A program made the translations under genes and the position numbers. Below are positions 12,144 to 22,669 of a stretch of 32,000 nt of DNA, piece after piece (the first letter of the stretch is position 1; each line of letters opens with the position of its first letter). The stretch is from Wallemia ichthyophaga EXF-994 (Eukaryota; Fungi; Basidiomycota), in contig NW_008806277.1 of NCBI RefSeq assembly GCF_000400465.1, positions 150,001-182,000 of the forward strand, read 5' to 3'. The notes under the pieces are model-generated. The model was given only the letters and a program-made list of their open reading frames with translations, was not told where the DNA came from and ran no database searches.

Positions 12144-13371
12144 TGTTGCTCCTTGTAAGCATGTATGCGATGCCCTTTGTTGTTTGTCTGTCTTTTGACT
12201 ACATATAAATGTCTTTTTCTTTCTATTTGGTTTGCTCAGCTCACCTCCCGAATTTAATGTCATGCTTTTGATCCAGAATTCAGGAATCGTGTGGTATTTG
12301 AGATTAAGACACTCTGATAACATTCTCGAGTCCTGAATGATACATCTTTATATCACTTCACGCTTATTCGCGGGCTTGATATACCTCACCGATGACTTCA
12401 AGACGTGTTTGTGAAATGAGAGGACACTTGAAGTATTTCTTTGGACTTTCAGACGCGTGTAGCAGTATAAATTATTCGATTAAATTGAATGTGCTCAAGG
12501 CACCCTAAAAATGACCAAGTGTACGCCATTAGCTGCGTGACTAGGAACGAGGGTATCCGGGTTCGTGAAACACAAAAACATAGAACGCTACAAAACGCTA
12601 GCAACAGTAAATCTAAAGAAAATCGTCAAAATCCTTGTGGAACTATAAGCTACATAATGATACCAATTGTTCGACTTCATGGTCGCGCACTCGTCAAACA
12701 TTTCATTTTTGGCCTGAAGGAGGAAAAGGTTAGCGAAGGGTTCAGCGTGTAGCTTTAAGACATTGTTTATATTCAAGAGCTAATGGCTAATGGCTAGACA
12801 ACCAATTAATCGTTGCTATTCAAATGACGTCGCAAATCATAGAGATAATGCGAAGAATTGCATAGTAAGGCGCCTTAGTGGTTTAAATGGAACAAAAGAG
12901 TGCTTCCAGCTGATCGCTCTTGCATGAGCCTAATCATGTAATCATCTACACATCATCTACGCGCATCATTGCAAAAATATTTGAGGATTACAAATGGTGA
13001 TTATTTGCAGTAAATTCTCAAACAATGTGTCCGAAATAAGCTGATGCCTTCCCTAGAAGTGAGTGGGCTGGAGCTATTTTTTATCAAACAATGCACTATC
13101 AACTGAAAAATGTAAAACAAATCCGAGACAGATTATTGAGTGTTATTAATAATTGTTGATAATTTTAACAATTATCTCATGTATACACTCTATGCAAATG
13201 CAATAAGTCGCTATTGTGTGGGGCGAGAGTGGGGGCAGACCTAAGAGCGTCTTTGTTTTCATCGTATTTCATAATTAAGCTTCATAAATTTTGCAACTGT
13301 GTAATATTATGCTCATGAAGTGAGATAGTATCTTTACTCGATCATTTCTCCCACTTACTTGAACCACCACC

Positions 13372-13983
13372 ATGCGACTTCAAGAACTACCACACGATGT
13401 TATTGTAGAAATTTTCAGCTAACTCGATGGTGACGACCGGTACATGCTACGCTTCTTCAGCAGTATTTTATACAACGCAATCCCAAAGTCGCAAGTGTTG
13501 ATGCTTACAGGGCCGCGTTCGAAATCCGTTGAATTCGTCACACTAGCCGAGGCAGATGAGTTGCTCTTCTTAAGCAACGTATTAAGGAACAAAAAAAAAC
13601 ATCGGAAAGAACAGTGTACGTCATCTGCCTTTAAAAAAAAAAGGCAGGCTAATTGTTTGTCGGGGGAGAAGAGCTCAAAGCTATACAAAAGAGTGTTAGA
13701 GCCATAAAGAATCGATAATTCCTCTATGCATGCCCGCCAGATGGCTCACAAAAGATATTACCGAGGTGTCTTGGATCCTCGTGAAAGATATTGCTCTACC
13801 ACGACCACACTTGAAGAATAATTCATCGCAGATGCAGATGAAGACGGATAGAGTGACAAATATATAGGCTAGTATATATACGTTGATTTAGATGAGATGT
13901 ATCACTTCGAAGTGATGGAATTGGAAGATGACTTACGAGAGCATTGCTTGGAGGATTTTGATGGTGATGTTTATTTTGACTGA
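13372..13983 (+). pseudogene. F-box protein pseudogene
   Basis: Frame opens with accaccaccATG and MRLQELPHDVIVEIFS*LDGDDRYMLRFFSSIL, an F-box pattern broken by TAA at 13420. The same frame has further stops at 13705, 13819, 13849 and 13870 and ends in an acidic tail with TGA at 13981-13983. Confidence 0.65.
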
Positions 13984-14140
13984 GTTTTAAACATCTTTGA
14001 TACCAAGTTTTGTCTTCATATCAAACCATGTTGTAGACAATTTGTAGATAATTTTAATGATTAGGGAGTAAAAAGTTATACATCTGTTTTTAGAATACAA
14101 TTATATATATCTCGTGCGGAGTGCGTTGTGGTATTTGACT

Positions 14141-15745
14141 TCAGATGACGCCATCTAGTTGATTAGCGAAATCAAAGTCGTCAAAGCTGTCACTGTGGTT
14201 ATCACTGGGGGTGTCTTTATCGAGGGAGTCAAGGTCGTCGGAGGTGTTGTCGGTTCTATGTCGCTTGGGAGTATCCGAGTTGGATTGGTTGTTAGTGTGA
14301 CTGTGCAAATCCTGCTCATCTATGCTTGGAGGTGTAGAACTCTTGCGAGATCTTTTCTTAGTGTTCTCTTTAACCTCCTCTCCTTTCTCTTCCTCGGCGC
14401 TGTCCTCATTAAGGAAATCTTCGAGCTCCTGATCGGCGGTATCCCAATCGACATGATCGGTAGTAGGTTTATCATTGAAACTTTGCACCTGTTTTGGCCA
14501 TTTAGGTCGAGAGTGTGAATCGAGATAGTAAGAATCCTCTTTACGACATTCCCACAAATTACACGAATCGATGAGCCACTGAGGGGTAACGACATGAGCG
14601 ACATCCTCCCGTCTCGCTTCGTCTACTTTAGCAGTACCCTTTTTAGCAGCGACGACGTGTGTGATGGCGGAGGAGTAGGTAGTGTGTACTTGTGCGCCAT
14701 ATCGCACGGCGAGGTGGTACAGAGGGCTGTGTTCGATGTGTGCACCGAGTGGGACGACTGCGCTGAATAACAAATGCACTCCGCGTAGCACTAGACGTTG
14801 CATGTGGGGGATTATCTCGGCGACGTCTGGATCATCGCCCGCGTTACGGTATGTGTAGTATGTAGAATGGATTTGGCGGAGAATGCGTAAAAGACGAGGG
14901 AGTTCAGCGTCGGGAGTGCGAGAGAGGAGTTGACGATGCTCCCTTTGTCGCTGGGCGAGTGGACGTTGATTGGCTTGTTGGGAGAGAGAGAGGTTGTGGT
15001 GATCACGATGGTCACTATCCTCACCCCCCTTCTCGCCAACCTCTTCATCAAAGTGAACCTCCTCCTCACCGGCGTTTATATCACCTATACCAACGAAGAA
15101 TTCAAAAGGGTTGCATTTGACAAGGTTTGGAGAATCAGACCAGACATCAGCGCGGTCATCGATAATGACACACATGGAAGTGTCGGTGGGGAAGAGGCGG
15201 AGGAGGGATTTAGAGGTGAAGCTACCAGAGTCATCGCGGGTGAGGATACGTTCAGAGAATAAGGAGCCGGTGGGGTCAATAAGTTGACATACTGCAGCAG
15301 CGTAAGACTTGGTTCCCATAGTGTAGACGTGTAGTTCGTATAGGTGGTTGAGTTCATGTAGGAAATCGATCAAACCGGGTCTGAATTTGACAAAGTAGGA
15401 GCAGCTTTGATTGAGAGGAGTGAAGTCATCTAATTTGAACTTGTGAATGTCGTCTAAGGCACCAGGATAGACCAAGGAAGGATCATCCAACCAGGATTGA
15501 ACAGTTGGGTCAACAGTGGCGTGAATTACAGTCTGATCGAGATCGACGATTAAGCTGAGCTTGGATGATTTTAATAGGGAATGCTTTGAGCGTGTGGAAA
15601 TCCGTTTAGCTTCGTCGTAGGTGACGGTGAGATTTGCGGTGGAGTGGGAGATGTGAAGAGAGTTGTTTACAGTGGAAGTAATATCTATACCACAGACAGC
15701 ACATAAACCAGCTAATTGTACAGGATGTGTACATGGATCAGACAT
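14141..15745 (-). CDS. FCP1: RNA polymerase II CTD phosphatase Fcp1
   Basis: N-terminal CTHP...GLCAVCG, HAD motif LIVDLDQTVIHAT, KFRPG, IIDDRADVW, a BRCT domain (THVVAAKKGTAK, WLIDSCNLW) and an acidic tail. Intronless, 534 aa. Confidence 0.95.
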   Translation of the reverse strand: MSDPCTHPVQLAGLCAVCGIDITSTVNNSLHISHSTANLTVTYDEAKRISTRSKHSLLKSSKLSLIVDLDQTVIHATVDPTVQSWLDDPSLVYPGALDDIHKFKLDDFTPLNQSCSYFVKFRPGLIDFLHELNHLYELHVYTMGTKSYAAAVCQLIDPTGSLFSERILTRDDSGSFTSKSLLRLFPTDTSMCVIIDDRADVWSDSPNLVKCNPFEFFVGIGDINAGEEEVHFDEEVGEKGGEDSDHRDHHNLSLSQQANQRPLAQRQREHRQLLSRTPDAELPRLLRILRQIHSTYYTYRNAGDDPDVAEIIPHMQRLVLRGVHLLFSAVVPLGAHIEHSPLYHLAVRYGAQVHTTYSSAITHVVAAKKGTAKVDEARREDVAHVVTPQWLIDSCNLWECRKEDSYYLDSHSRPKWPKQVQSFNDKPTTDHVDWDTADQELEDFLNEDSAEEEKGEEVKENTKKRSRKSSTPPSIDEQDLHSHTNNQSNSDTPKRHRTDNTSDDLDSLDKDTPSDNHSDSFDDFDFANQLDGVI

Positions 15746-15787
15746 GGTTGTTGGTTAAATAGGAACATTCAAGTAAAATTGAAGGAA

Positions 15788-16077
15788 ATGGAGAAATTAG
15801 AAGTCAATGATGGCCAAGAGAGGGTTGGTGGGTGGGTGGTATTAGAAATATTCTAATCTCACCAACCACAGCAAATCTCCTCAATAATCTCGATAAGGAT
15901 AAGAAGCAGGAGGAGTTTAGGAGAGGTGGTGGTTTGCCTGAATCTAGTGCATTAGACAGGGTGAAGGAGTTTCTGCCTGAGATGAAAAAATCCAATGAAA
16001 GTACGTTAAAGAGTATGGAGGATGTGGGTGAAGAGGATAAGCATATAGAGATGAATATATATAAACCATCTATTTGA
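15788..16077 (+). CDS. Small NOPCHAP1/C12orf45 (DUF4598)-like protein, putative box C/D snoRNP assembly chaperone
   Basis: ATG at 15788 and intron 15828-15871 (gtgggt...ctaat...cag) give MEKLEVNDGQERVANLLNN...SSALDRVKEFLPEMKKSN...IEMNI. This resembles the remembered family pattern, but the protein is short. Confidence 0.6.
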
Positions 16078-16837
16078 ATTTGTGTATCAAGTATTTAGAT
16101 TTAAGTAGGTTGTAAACGAGGCTGTTGAGTGGGTGTGGCTGGTTGAGTTCATTGGCAATGTCCACTATGAAACCACTGAGGAAGTTGATGTCTGGATATC
16201 GGTGTTGTTTAATTTGCAAGTCAAGGTGGTTGTGAGCGTGTTTATTGGTGAATATACAGTCACTCCCCAGTCTTCTATTTGTGGAATGGATTAGATTGTT
16301 AGTTAGTAATTTTGAAGGGAATGTTAAACTCCTATTGAGGTAATAGTGGTGGAATATATTCGAAGATTCCTGTATTATGTCGTGCAGTAGCACCTTTGAA
16401 GGGATAGTCGTTGTTAGACTGGGTAGACTGGTGTTTAGTAGAGTGGATATGGACTGAATAGCTGAGTGGATGATTATATTCTCAATAGACGTTGCCTCTA
16501 GTTGATCTATATTGGTTGAAGGGATCGCCAAATCCAACTGATTATCACCGTGTATCCGTGTAAGTGTGTTGTTGTACTCAATGAATAGCGTATAATTGAT
16601 ATTACTACTTCTCAATAAATTGTAATAGACTCCCAAGTAATTTATACTGTTAACCACCACGCTACTCCCATCCACCCTACTATTCCCATCCAATGCCTTG
16701 TAAATGCTAGTCAAACTTGAATTTAAATAGAGTACATCAATTCTATTGTAATTCATTAGCGATGACTTGTAATTTACCCCTGTTAAATTCATTTTTTTAA
16801 AATTCTTGGATAACCTTCCAATCCTATGTAAATTCAT
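16070..16837 (-). CDS. Degenerate ketopantoate reductase (PanE/ApbA-fold)-like protein, probably non-catalytic
   Basis: Intronless 255-aa ORF. The C-terminus DINFLSGFIVDIANELNQPHPLNSLVYNLLK aligns without gaps to the ApbA_C pattern [31 protein letters not shown]. No GxGxxG motif is visible. Confidence 0.65.
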   Translation of the reverse strand: MNLHRIGRLSKNFKKMNLTGVNYKSSLMNYNRIDVLYLNSSLTSIYKALDGNSRVDGSSVVVNSINYLGVYYNLLRSSNINYTLFIEYNNTLTRIHGDNQLDLAIPSTNIDQLEATSIENIIIHSAIQSISTLLNTSLPSLTTTIPSKVLLHDIIQESSNIFHHYYLNRSLTFPSKLLTNNLIHSTNRRLGSDCIFTNKHAHNHLDLQIKQHRYPDINFLSGFIVDIANELNQPHPLNSLVYNLLKSKYLIHKFK

Positions 16838-16854
16838 CTTGGTCGTTGTCCACT

Positions 16855-19800
16855 ATGTCGATGCACAAGGATAGATTTGAGGCTATTAGAGATGGCAGGG
16901 ATATTGACAATCCTGTCATTTCTAATGTGCTGGGAAGTGCCAACCCTTCAACCACCTTGAAATCCCTCCACCTCCAATCCAACCAAAGGATTTCAACTAA
17001 ATTTCTAACTTGCCCTTCAAATTTAATAGCCTGGTCTATTAACGGGGAGTATCTATTTATTGCCAATGAATCCTCTATTGATATCTTTAACCACTCCACT
17101 TTAATCCATTCCATCAACAACGCACACAACTCAAAGATCACCTCCATTCAAACACTCCACTACGATCCACACAAGATTATCACCGCTGGCTTAGACGGTG
17201 CTATCATCCTCTGGGATATCCTTGAATCCACTCCCATCAAGCACATCACCTACCACTCCCCAATCACTCACCTACTCGTCCACCAGAATTCCTCCGGCAG
17301 ACGCCAATCTACCATATTTATCACCCTAAACAAGCTGGCTGCCAGGTCCAAGGCCGCCGACGGCTCTGATCGTCCCCCTGTCATCAATTCCATCTACTAC
17401 AAGCTCATTTGGCCCCACTCGGCTTCTTCCAACTCTAAACTCCATTCCACTCTCCTCGGCCAATCCCGCCCTCCTACTTCCATCTCAGTCGATGACAACC
17501 TCCTCATCGCCCAGTGCGCCAGGAAGACCAATGTCTCACACCACAACGTGCATTCCTCCCACAGGAACGCTTTTGTTAAATTTATAAGTGGTGAAAAGCA
17601 CAATTTGTGTACTGTCGATCCTTTGAAGCAGTTTTTTGTCACCTCGGAAGCAAATTCCGGTAAAATTCACCTCTGGCCCTACAACAAGCTAGATGAGATG
17701 AAGGCGATGAAACCACAGACGGCGCCAGACTGGCACGGAGGGTACCAGAACAACTGTCCGACCGAGATTCTTCACTGGCACGCCAACGCTGTCCGAGCGC
17801 TTACATTCACCCCTCAAGGCTCTTTCCTCCTCTCTGGCGGTGAAGAGGGAGTACTGGTTCGCTGGCACATCCGTCAGCAAGGGGGGAGGTTAACGAAGCG
17901 CGACTATCTCCCTCGTCTTGGCGCTCCTATCGTCTCCATCACCTGCCACGACGAATCGCGCTGGGTGGTCGGGCTCGCTGATTCCACCAAGCTCTTCGTT
18001 GACGGTGCGCAATGGCGCGTAGAGCATGCTATACGTGGCGTACTTGTACCAAATGTGGACACAAGCTCTGATACTCCCCTTACCGTCACTCCCTCTCCTC
18101 ACAACGTCATCCTCCCCTCCTCGAACCCCGCCGTGCTGCAGGTGTACGATATGGCGTCGAATAGCACAAACGAGCTTGAGGTCTCCCCTACTAATAGGAT
18201 TCAGGGTAGATATGCTGATGGTGATGCTCCGCGCGTTCTCCAGGCCATTACTGCGAGTGGGTGGCTCGCGACGCGCGATGAAGCTGCCGTTAAAATTTGG
18301 CAAGTCGTTGATGGACGTTACACGCTCAACACTCGCATTGATAAGCCGCACGGGGGCTATGCTGTGACTGGAATTGCCTGGAGTGGGAGTGGGAGTGGGA
18401 GCGTCAGTGAAAGTAACACCAACACACCACCCACCCTCGCCACCGTCGGCACCGACCGTAAATGTCGTCTATGGCTTGCCGAGCCGCTCGAGCATCGTCC
18501 GCGAGCTTTGGGAAAGATCAAGAGTGTAATCCGGGAAGGCCAAGGTGAGTGGGGTGTTTTAGATGCGTGCAGAGCTTATCACTTACTTGCCCATGCGTAA
18601 CCACACAGTCTCATACTCTCTTTTCGCCACTGTGCACTACAAAGATGAATGTATCAAACAGATACTCTTCTCACCCGACAGCTCACTCATGGTGCTCGTC
18701 CATGAAGGAGCTCTATCGCTGTGGGATCCTACAGCCGTGCATAGTGGTCGTAATGCCCCGTCTTTCCTTAAAGTACTCCCAGGTGAAGGCCTCGCACTTG
18801 ACGAGGCTGTCTTTGCAGGTGCTAGCCATATCGCTGTGCGCGCTACGGCTGGTAAGAGAGATGCCAGTCATGGTGTGTGTGTGGTGTACGATTTGACTAG
18901 TTGTGAATGTGAGTTGGATTTGGATTACAAGTTGGAGTTAGCGGTTTCACTCATTCTAACACATTCATACTCACAGGTATCTACTCCCACTCATTCGTCT
19001 ACTCCACTCCGCAAATACTCGCTCATCCTTCCCTCCCCGCCTTCGCTGTTATGTCAGGTGCTACACGCCCACGCATGCATAGCGAGCACGATTCTGCGGC
19101 ACTCGAGCGCGAGAAAGTGATCAGTAGAAGTGCAGTATGTACGCAAATGACGACGTTTAGTGTGGGCGTCGGTGAGGGTGTTGTTAAACGACACGTTGCA
19201 GAATTCGATAACACCTACTTTAAGTATGCCGTCTTGCCTGAAGAGGTGGTGAGCAATTTGACCAACAACCACAACACTGACAAAGACACCAACACACACA
19301 CACACTCACCAGCATTCAACCTCATCGGCCTCGCTACCACTCACGACCAGGGCACGCGCGGTGAGCGCGACTCCTCCACACCGGCGCTGGGTAGTAGGGG
19401 AGCAGTGCTGATTGGTGCGGATGCAGCCAAGATGGATCTGCGTAGGGGAGATGGTGGATCTAAAGACAAGAAAAAGACACCAACGAGCAGCATGTTCGAA
19501 GAAATCTTTGGCCGTTTCGATGAACATGTCTTGCAGGCTGAGAAGAGGGCAGCGGGTGAATCTGACGCTGACACACACGCAAATACCTTGGTCAGCTCCT
19601 CTAACACCCCCTCTAACTCAGTCAAACACCTCTTTGACGGCCCTGCTCACCTCCTTCCTGGACCGCAGATGATGTATGGAGACTTTTTGAGCACGTGCCT
19701 GCCCAAACGTGCGCGGGACGGCGGCGACAGCGATACTGCCACATCCACCTCTGTACTGTGGGATGCGCATGGGATGGACAGTGAAAGCAAAGAGGGAGTT

Positions 19801-19917
19801 GATGTGGATATGCACACGGGTAATCAAGCTACCAACACTCATCCACCACCTTCCAACCGCCAGATCGGAAGCGCGGAGGTAAAAGCGATGAGTGAAATGT
19901 TCAAGGAGGTTGTATAG
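16855..19917 (+). CDS. UTP17: SSU processome t-UTP WD40 protein Utp17/Nan1/WDR75
   Basis: Characteristic LHWHANAVRALTFTPQGSFLLSGGEEGVLVRWH...LPRLGAPI, TRIDKPHG and LFSPDSSL segments. Introns 18545-18608 and 18909-18976 join three ORF fragments in frame. Confidence 0.85.
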
Positions 19918-20025
19918 AGTGTCAGATAAGTTAAACTTGTGAATTAAATGAATAAAAATGTATAGATGCTGGTAAATTATTCGATTACCTTGAATATTCC
20001 TTGTCTTCTCACTGTCATCGTCATC

Positions 20026-21987
20026 ATGGCCAATACGACTCACGACGATCTCGCCACTAAGCTGCTGACGCTTATCAACGTCTCTGCTAGTCGCTCAGAC
20101 ACTCCCAAGCGCATACGTTTAGATGCCCCCGCGGGTGAAAAACTCGGTAAGAAGAAGAGATTATCCACTGGCAGCGAAGGCGATGCACAGCAAGTGGATG
20201 CAGAGCTAGCAAGTGAGGACATGGATAAAGATAACAGCCTTGAAAATGCACCTGAGAATCCCCCCGATAATGCACCCGACGACGACGACGACGAAGAGAG
20301 CAAAGACACCCTCTACACGCACTTCGGCGTCTCACCTACAAGACTCACCGATGAGAATATCTCCAAAGCTACAGAGAAGCAGTGGTCCTTGAAGCACTCC
20401 ACCAACACCCTAGGCAGGTGCACTGAGTACTGCGTCGATGACACAGGCAAGGACAACCAGAATGTTTTTGTCAGTCCCAAGTTTGCTAATAAGGGCGACA
20501 CACACCTCCTCAACCTCCTCGGCAGCTACAAGGATGTCTTTGCGAACCACCTCAGCCATTCTGAGAACGAGAGCATGCGCGGTTCCCTGACGCTGCATAT
20601 GCACAACCATCTCCTCAGGTGGGTGATATTCGATACGTCTTAACTCAGCTAATCTCCCCCAAGAACTCGCCGTCGTGTGCTCAAGAACAATGAGAAACTT
20701 GCGCACTTCCATGCACAAGAGAACGATAAACAAGACCCACAAGACCAGCAAGATGCTCCCGAATGCCTCGACCAAGGATTCACCCGTCCAAAAGTCCTCA
20801 TCCTCACCCCTTTCCGCAACACGGCGCTTGCTTGGCTCAAGGACCTCATAGCACACTCCCCAACTTCCCAGACAGACAACAAAGCGAGACTTTTCCAGGA
20901 GTTCTCCCTGCCTAAAGATGCAATTGACAAGATCGCCCAAGCACCTCCAGGCACCTACCCAGAAGACCATGTGAAAACTTTCGTCGGAAACATTGACGAT
21001 AATTTTAAAATTGGTTTGAAACTCACACGTAAGTCGTTCAAGCCGTATGCGGATTTTTACTCTTCGGATATCATCCTCGCTTCTCCACTAGGTCTGAAGC
21101 TGGCGATGGAGAAGACGAGCGACACGGACTACCTGTCGTCGATAGAGATGGTTGTTGGTGATCAGCTGGATGTAATAGCGATGCAGAACTGGCAACATCT
21201 CACGGATATCTTTGCCTCCCTCAACGCCATCCCGAGAGATGGTCATGGGTGCGATTTCGCTAGAGTCAAACCGTGGTATCTCGACAATAAAGCCAAGTTC
21301 CTTCGTCAGTCTGTTTTCTTGTCGGCTTATGAAATACCAGAAATGCGCAGCTTGTTTGGTAGACATTGTCATAACGTAGAGGGGAAAGTGCGCACTGAGA
21401 CACGCTACGGAGGTGTCTTAGGTGGAGTTAGTGGTGGTATAAAGCAATCATTCTACAGATTTGACGTAGATTCTCTCCTAGATGAACCTGATAATCGTTT
21501 TGCAATGTTCATCAACAAATCCCTTCCCGCTTTGCAAAAGTCGGCAGTATCGTCCTCTCACACACTTGTCTTCGTAAGCTCCTACTTTGATTTCGTGCGC
21601 GTGCGCAACCATCTCAAGGCGACTGGTGTCAATTACGCTGCTTTGAGTGAATACTCAACTAACAAGGAGATATCACGTGTGCGTGGTGCTTTCTTTAGGA
21701 ATGAAGTCTCTTTCCTCCTCCTCACTGAACGGTTTCACTTCTTTAGACGGTACAGAATCAGAGGTGCGTTGACATCCTTCTTCTACAGCCTCCCGGACCA
21801 TGCTGCGTTTTATCCAGAGATTGTCAATATGGGACTCGACGAGAGCAAGGGAATCGATGAGAGTGATTTGCAGTCTATCGCTCTATACTCTAACTCTGAT
21901 TTTCTCAAGTTGCAGCGCATCGTTGGTTCTACTGACGCTGCTTTGATGGTTAAGCAGGGTACGGATGATAGATATTCGTATAATTAG
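20026..21987 (+). CDS. UTP25: U3 snoRNA-associated protein Utp25 (DUF1253/DIEXF)
   Basis: DQGFTRPKVLILTPFRN, FYSSDIILASPLGL, MQNWQHL, RVKPWYLD and LLTERFHFFRRYRIRG motifs. Intron 20619-20663. Confidence 0.93.
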
Positions 21988-22050
21988 ATTATGTACAGGC
22001 TATTATTTATCGTATAGACTAATATTCATTTTATACTTTTACTATTTAAA

Positions 22051-22634
22051 TTACTCCATATATCCCTCCAAAACCCTCTCAATATGCGTATAGAGAAGAC
22101 CATCTGTGATATCATGCAATTGCTCCGGTGAGAGATTAGAAAGGACATATCTAGCAACATCGCGCTTATCACCTGGTCTACCAATACCAATTCGTAGTCT
22201 ATCAAAGTCGAGGGATTGTTTGAGATACTGTGAGAGTGATTTGATGCCGTTATGACCGTTGGCCGATCCGCCATGTTTGATGGAGAGCTGTTAACAGTTT
22301 GTGAGTGTGTGCGTATATGTATTCTCACCACACTACGCACCTTCCCCCATTCCCGCTGCAGGTCATCATGCAAGACGAGTACACGGCGTGCGTTGACATG
22401 CTCGCAGTAGCGTGCCAGGCTTTTTCCACAGACGTTCATCAGCTGGTGGCTGTATATGAGGTCTGTGTGGCTGTTTATATGCGTGTAGCTGACTCCGTGC
22501 TTGGTGTTGCTGTTCCACTGCAGATGTCGCCGCTGGGCTAAGTGCTTAAGGACGAGCTGGCCCACTGAGTGGAATGTGCGCGGGTGCGTCGCATTGCCTA
22601 AGCCTGCAATTACGGTTTTCTCGGCTGTGGGCAT
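22051..22634 (-). CDS. PTH1: Peptidyl-tRNA hydrolase, bacterial Pth1 type (176 aa)
   Basis: IAGLGN, VLHDDL, GGSANGHNGIKS and RLRIGIGRP motifs after splicing intron 22288-22340 (gtgcgt...ttaac...cag). TAA at 22053-22051. Confidence 0.9.
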
Positions 22635-22669
22635 ATTCACCGTCTTCACCGCCAACACCCACCACCAAT

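Noticed and set aside
12280-12445. U3 snoRNA-like fragments on the minus strand (TACTT, TCATTTC, AGCGTGAAG, terminal CTGA)
   Set aside because: No box C (TGATGA) between the box B-like and box D-like elements, and box A is a poor match. An Infernal search would be needed to revive the idea.
12869-12930. tRNA-like start GGCGCCTTAGTGGTTTAAATGG
   Set aside because: No T-loop GTTCRA and no complementary 3' acceptor stem.
13372-13983. Alternative genetic code (TAA/TAG = Gln) to explain the F-box stops
   Set aside because: Many intact genes in the window terminate at TAA or TAG (ACO1, PRP31, SAC1, TRF4, PP2A), so the standard code applies.
18379-18402. GAGTGG repeat in UTP17
   Set aside because: It simply encodes an in-frame SGSGSGS loop insertion.
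19966-20025. Upstream ATG extension of UTP25 (MLVNYSITLNIPCLL...)
   Set aside because: It lies only 48 nt after the UTP17 stop, in AT-rich terminator-like sequence, and looks unlike Utp25 N-termini; ATG 20026 is preferred.
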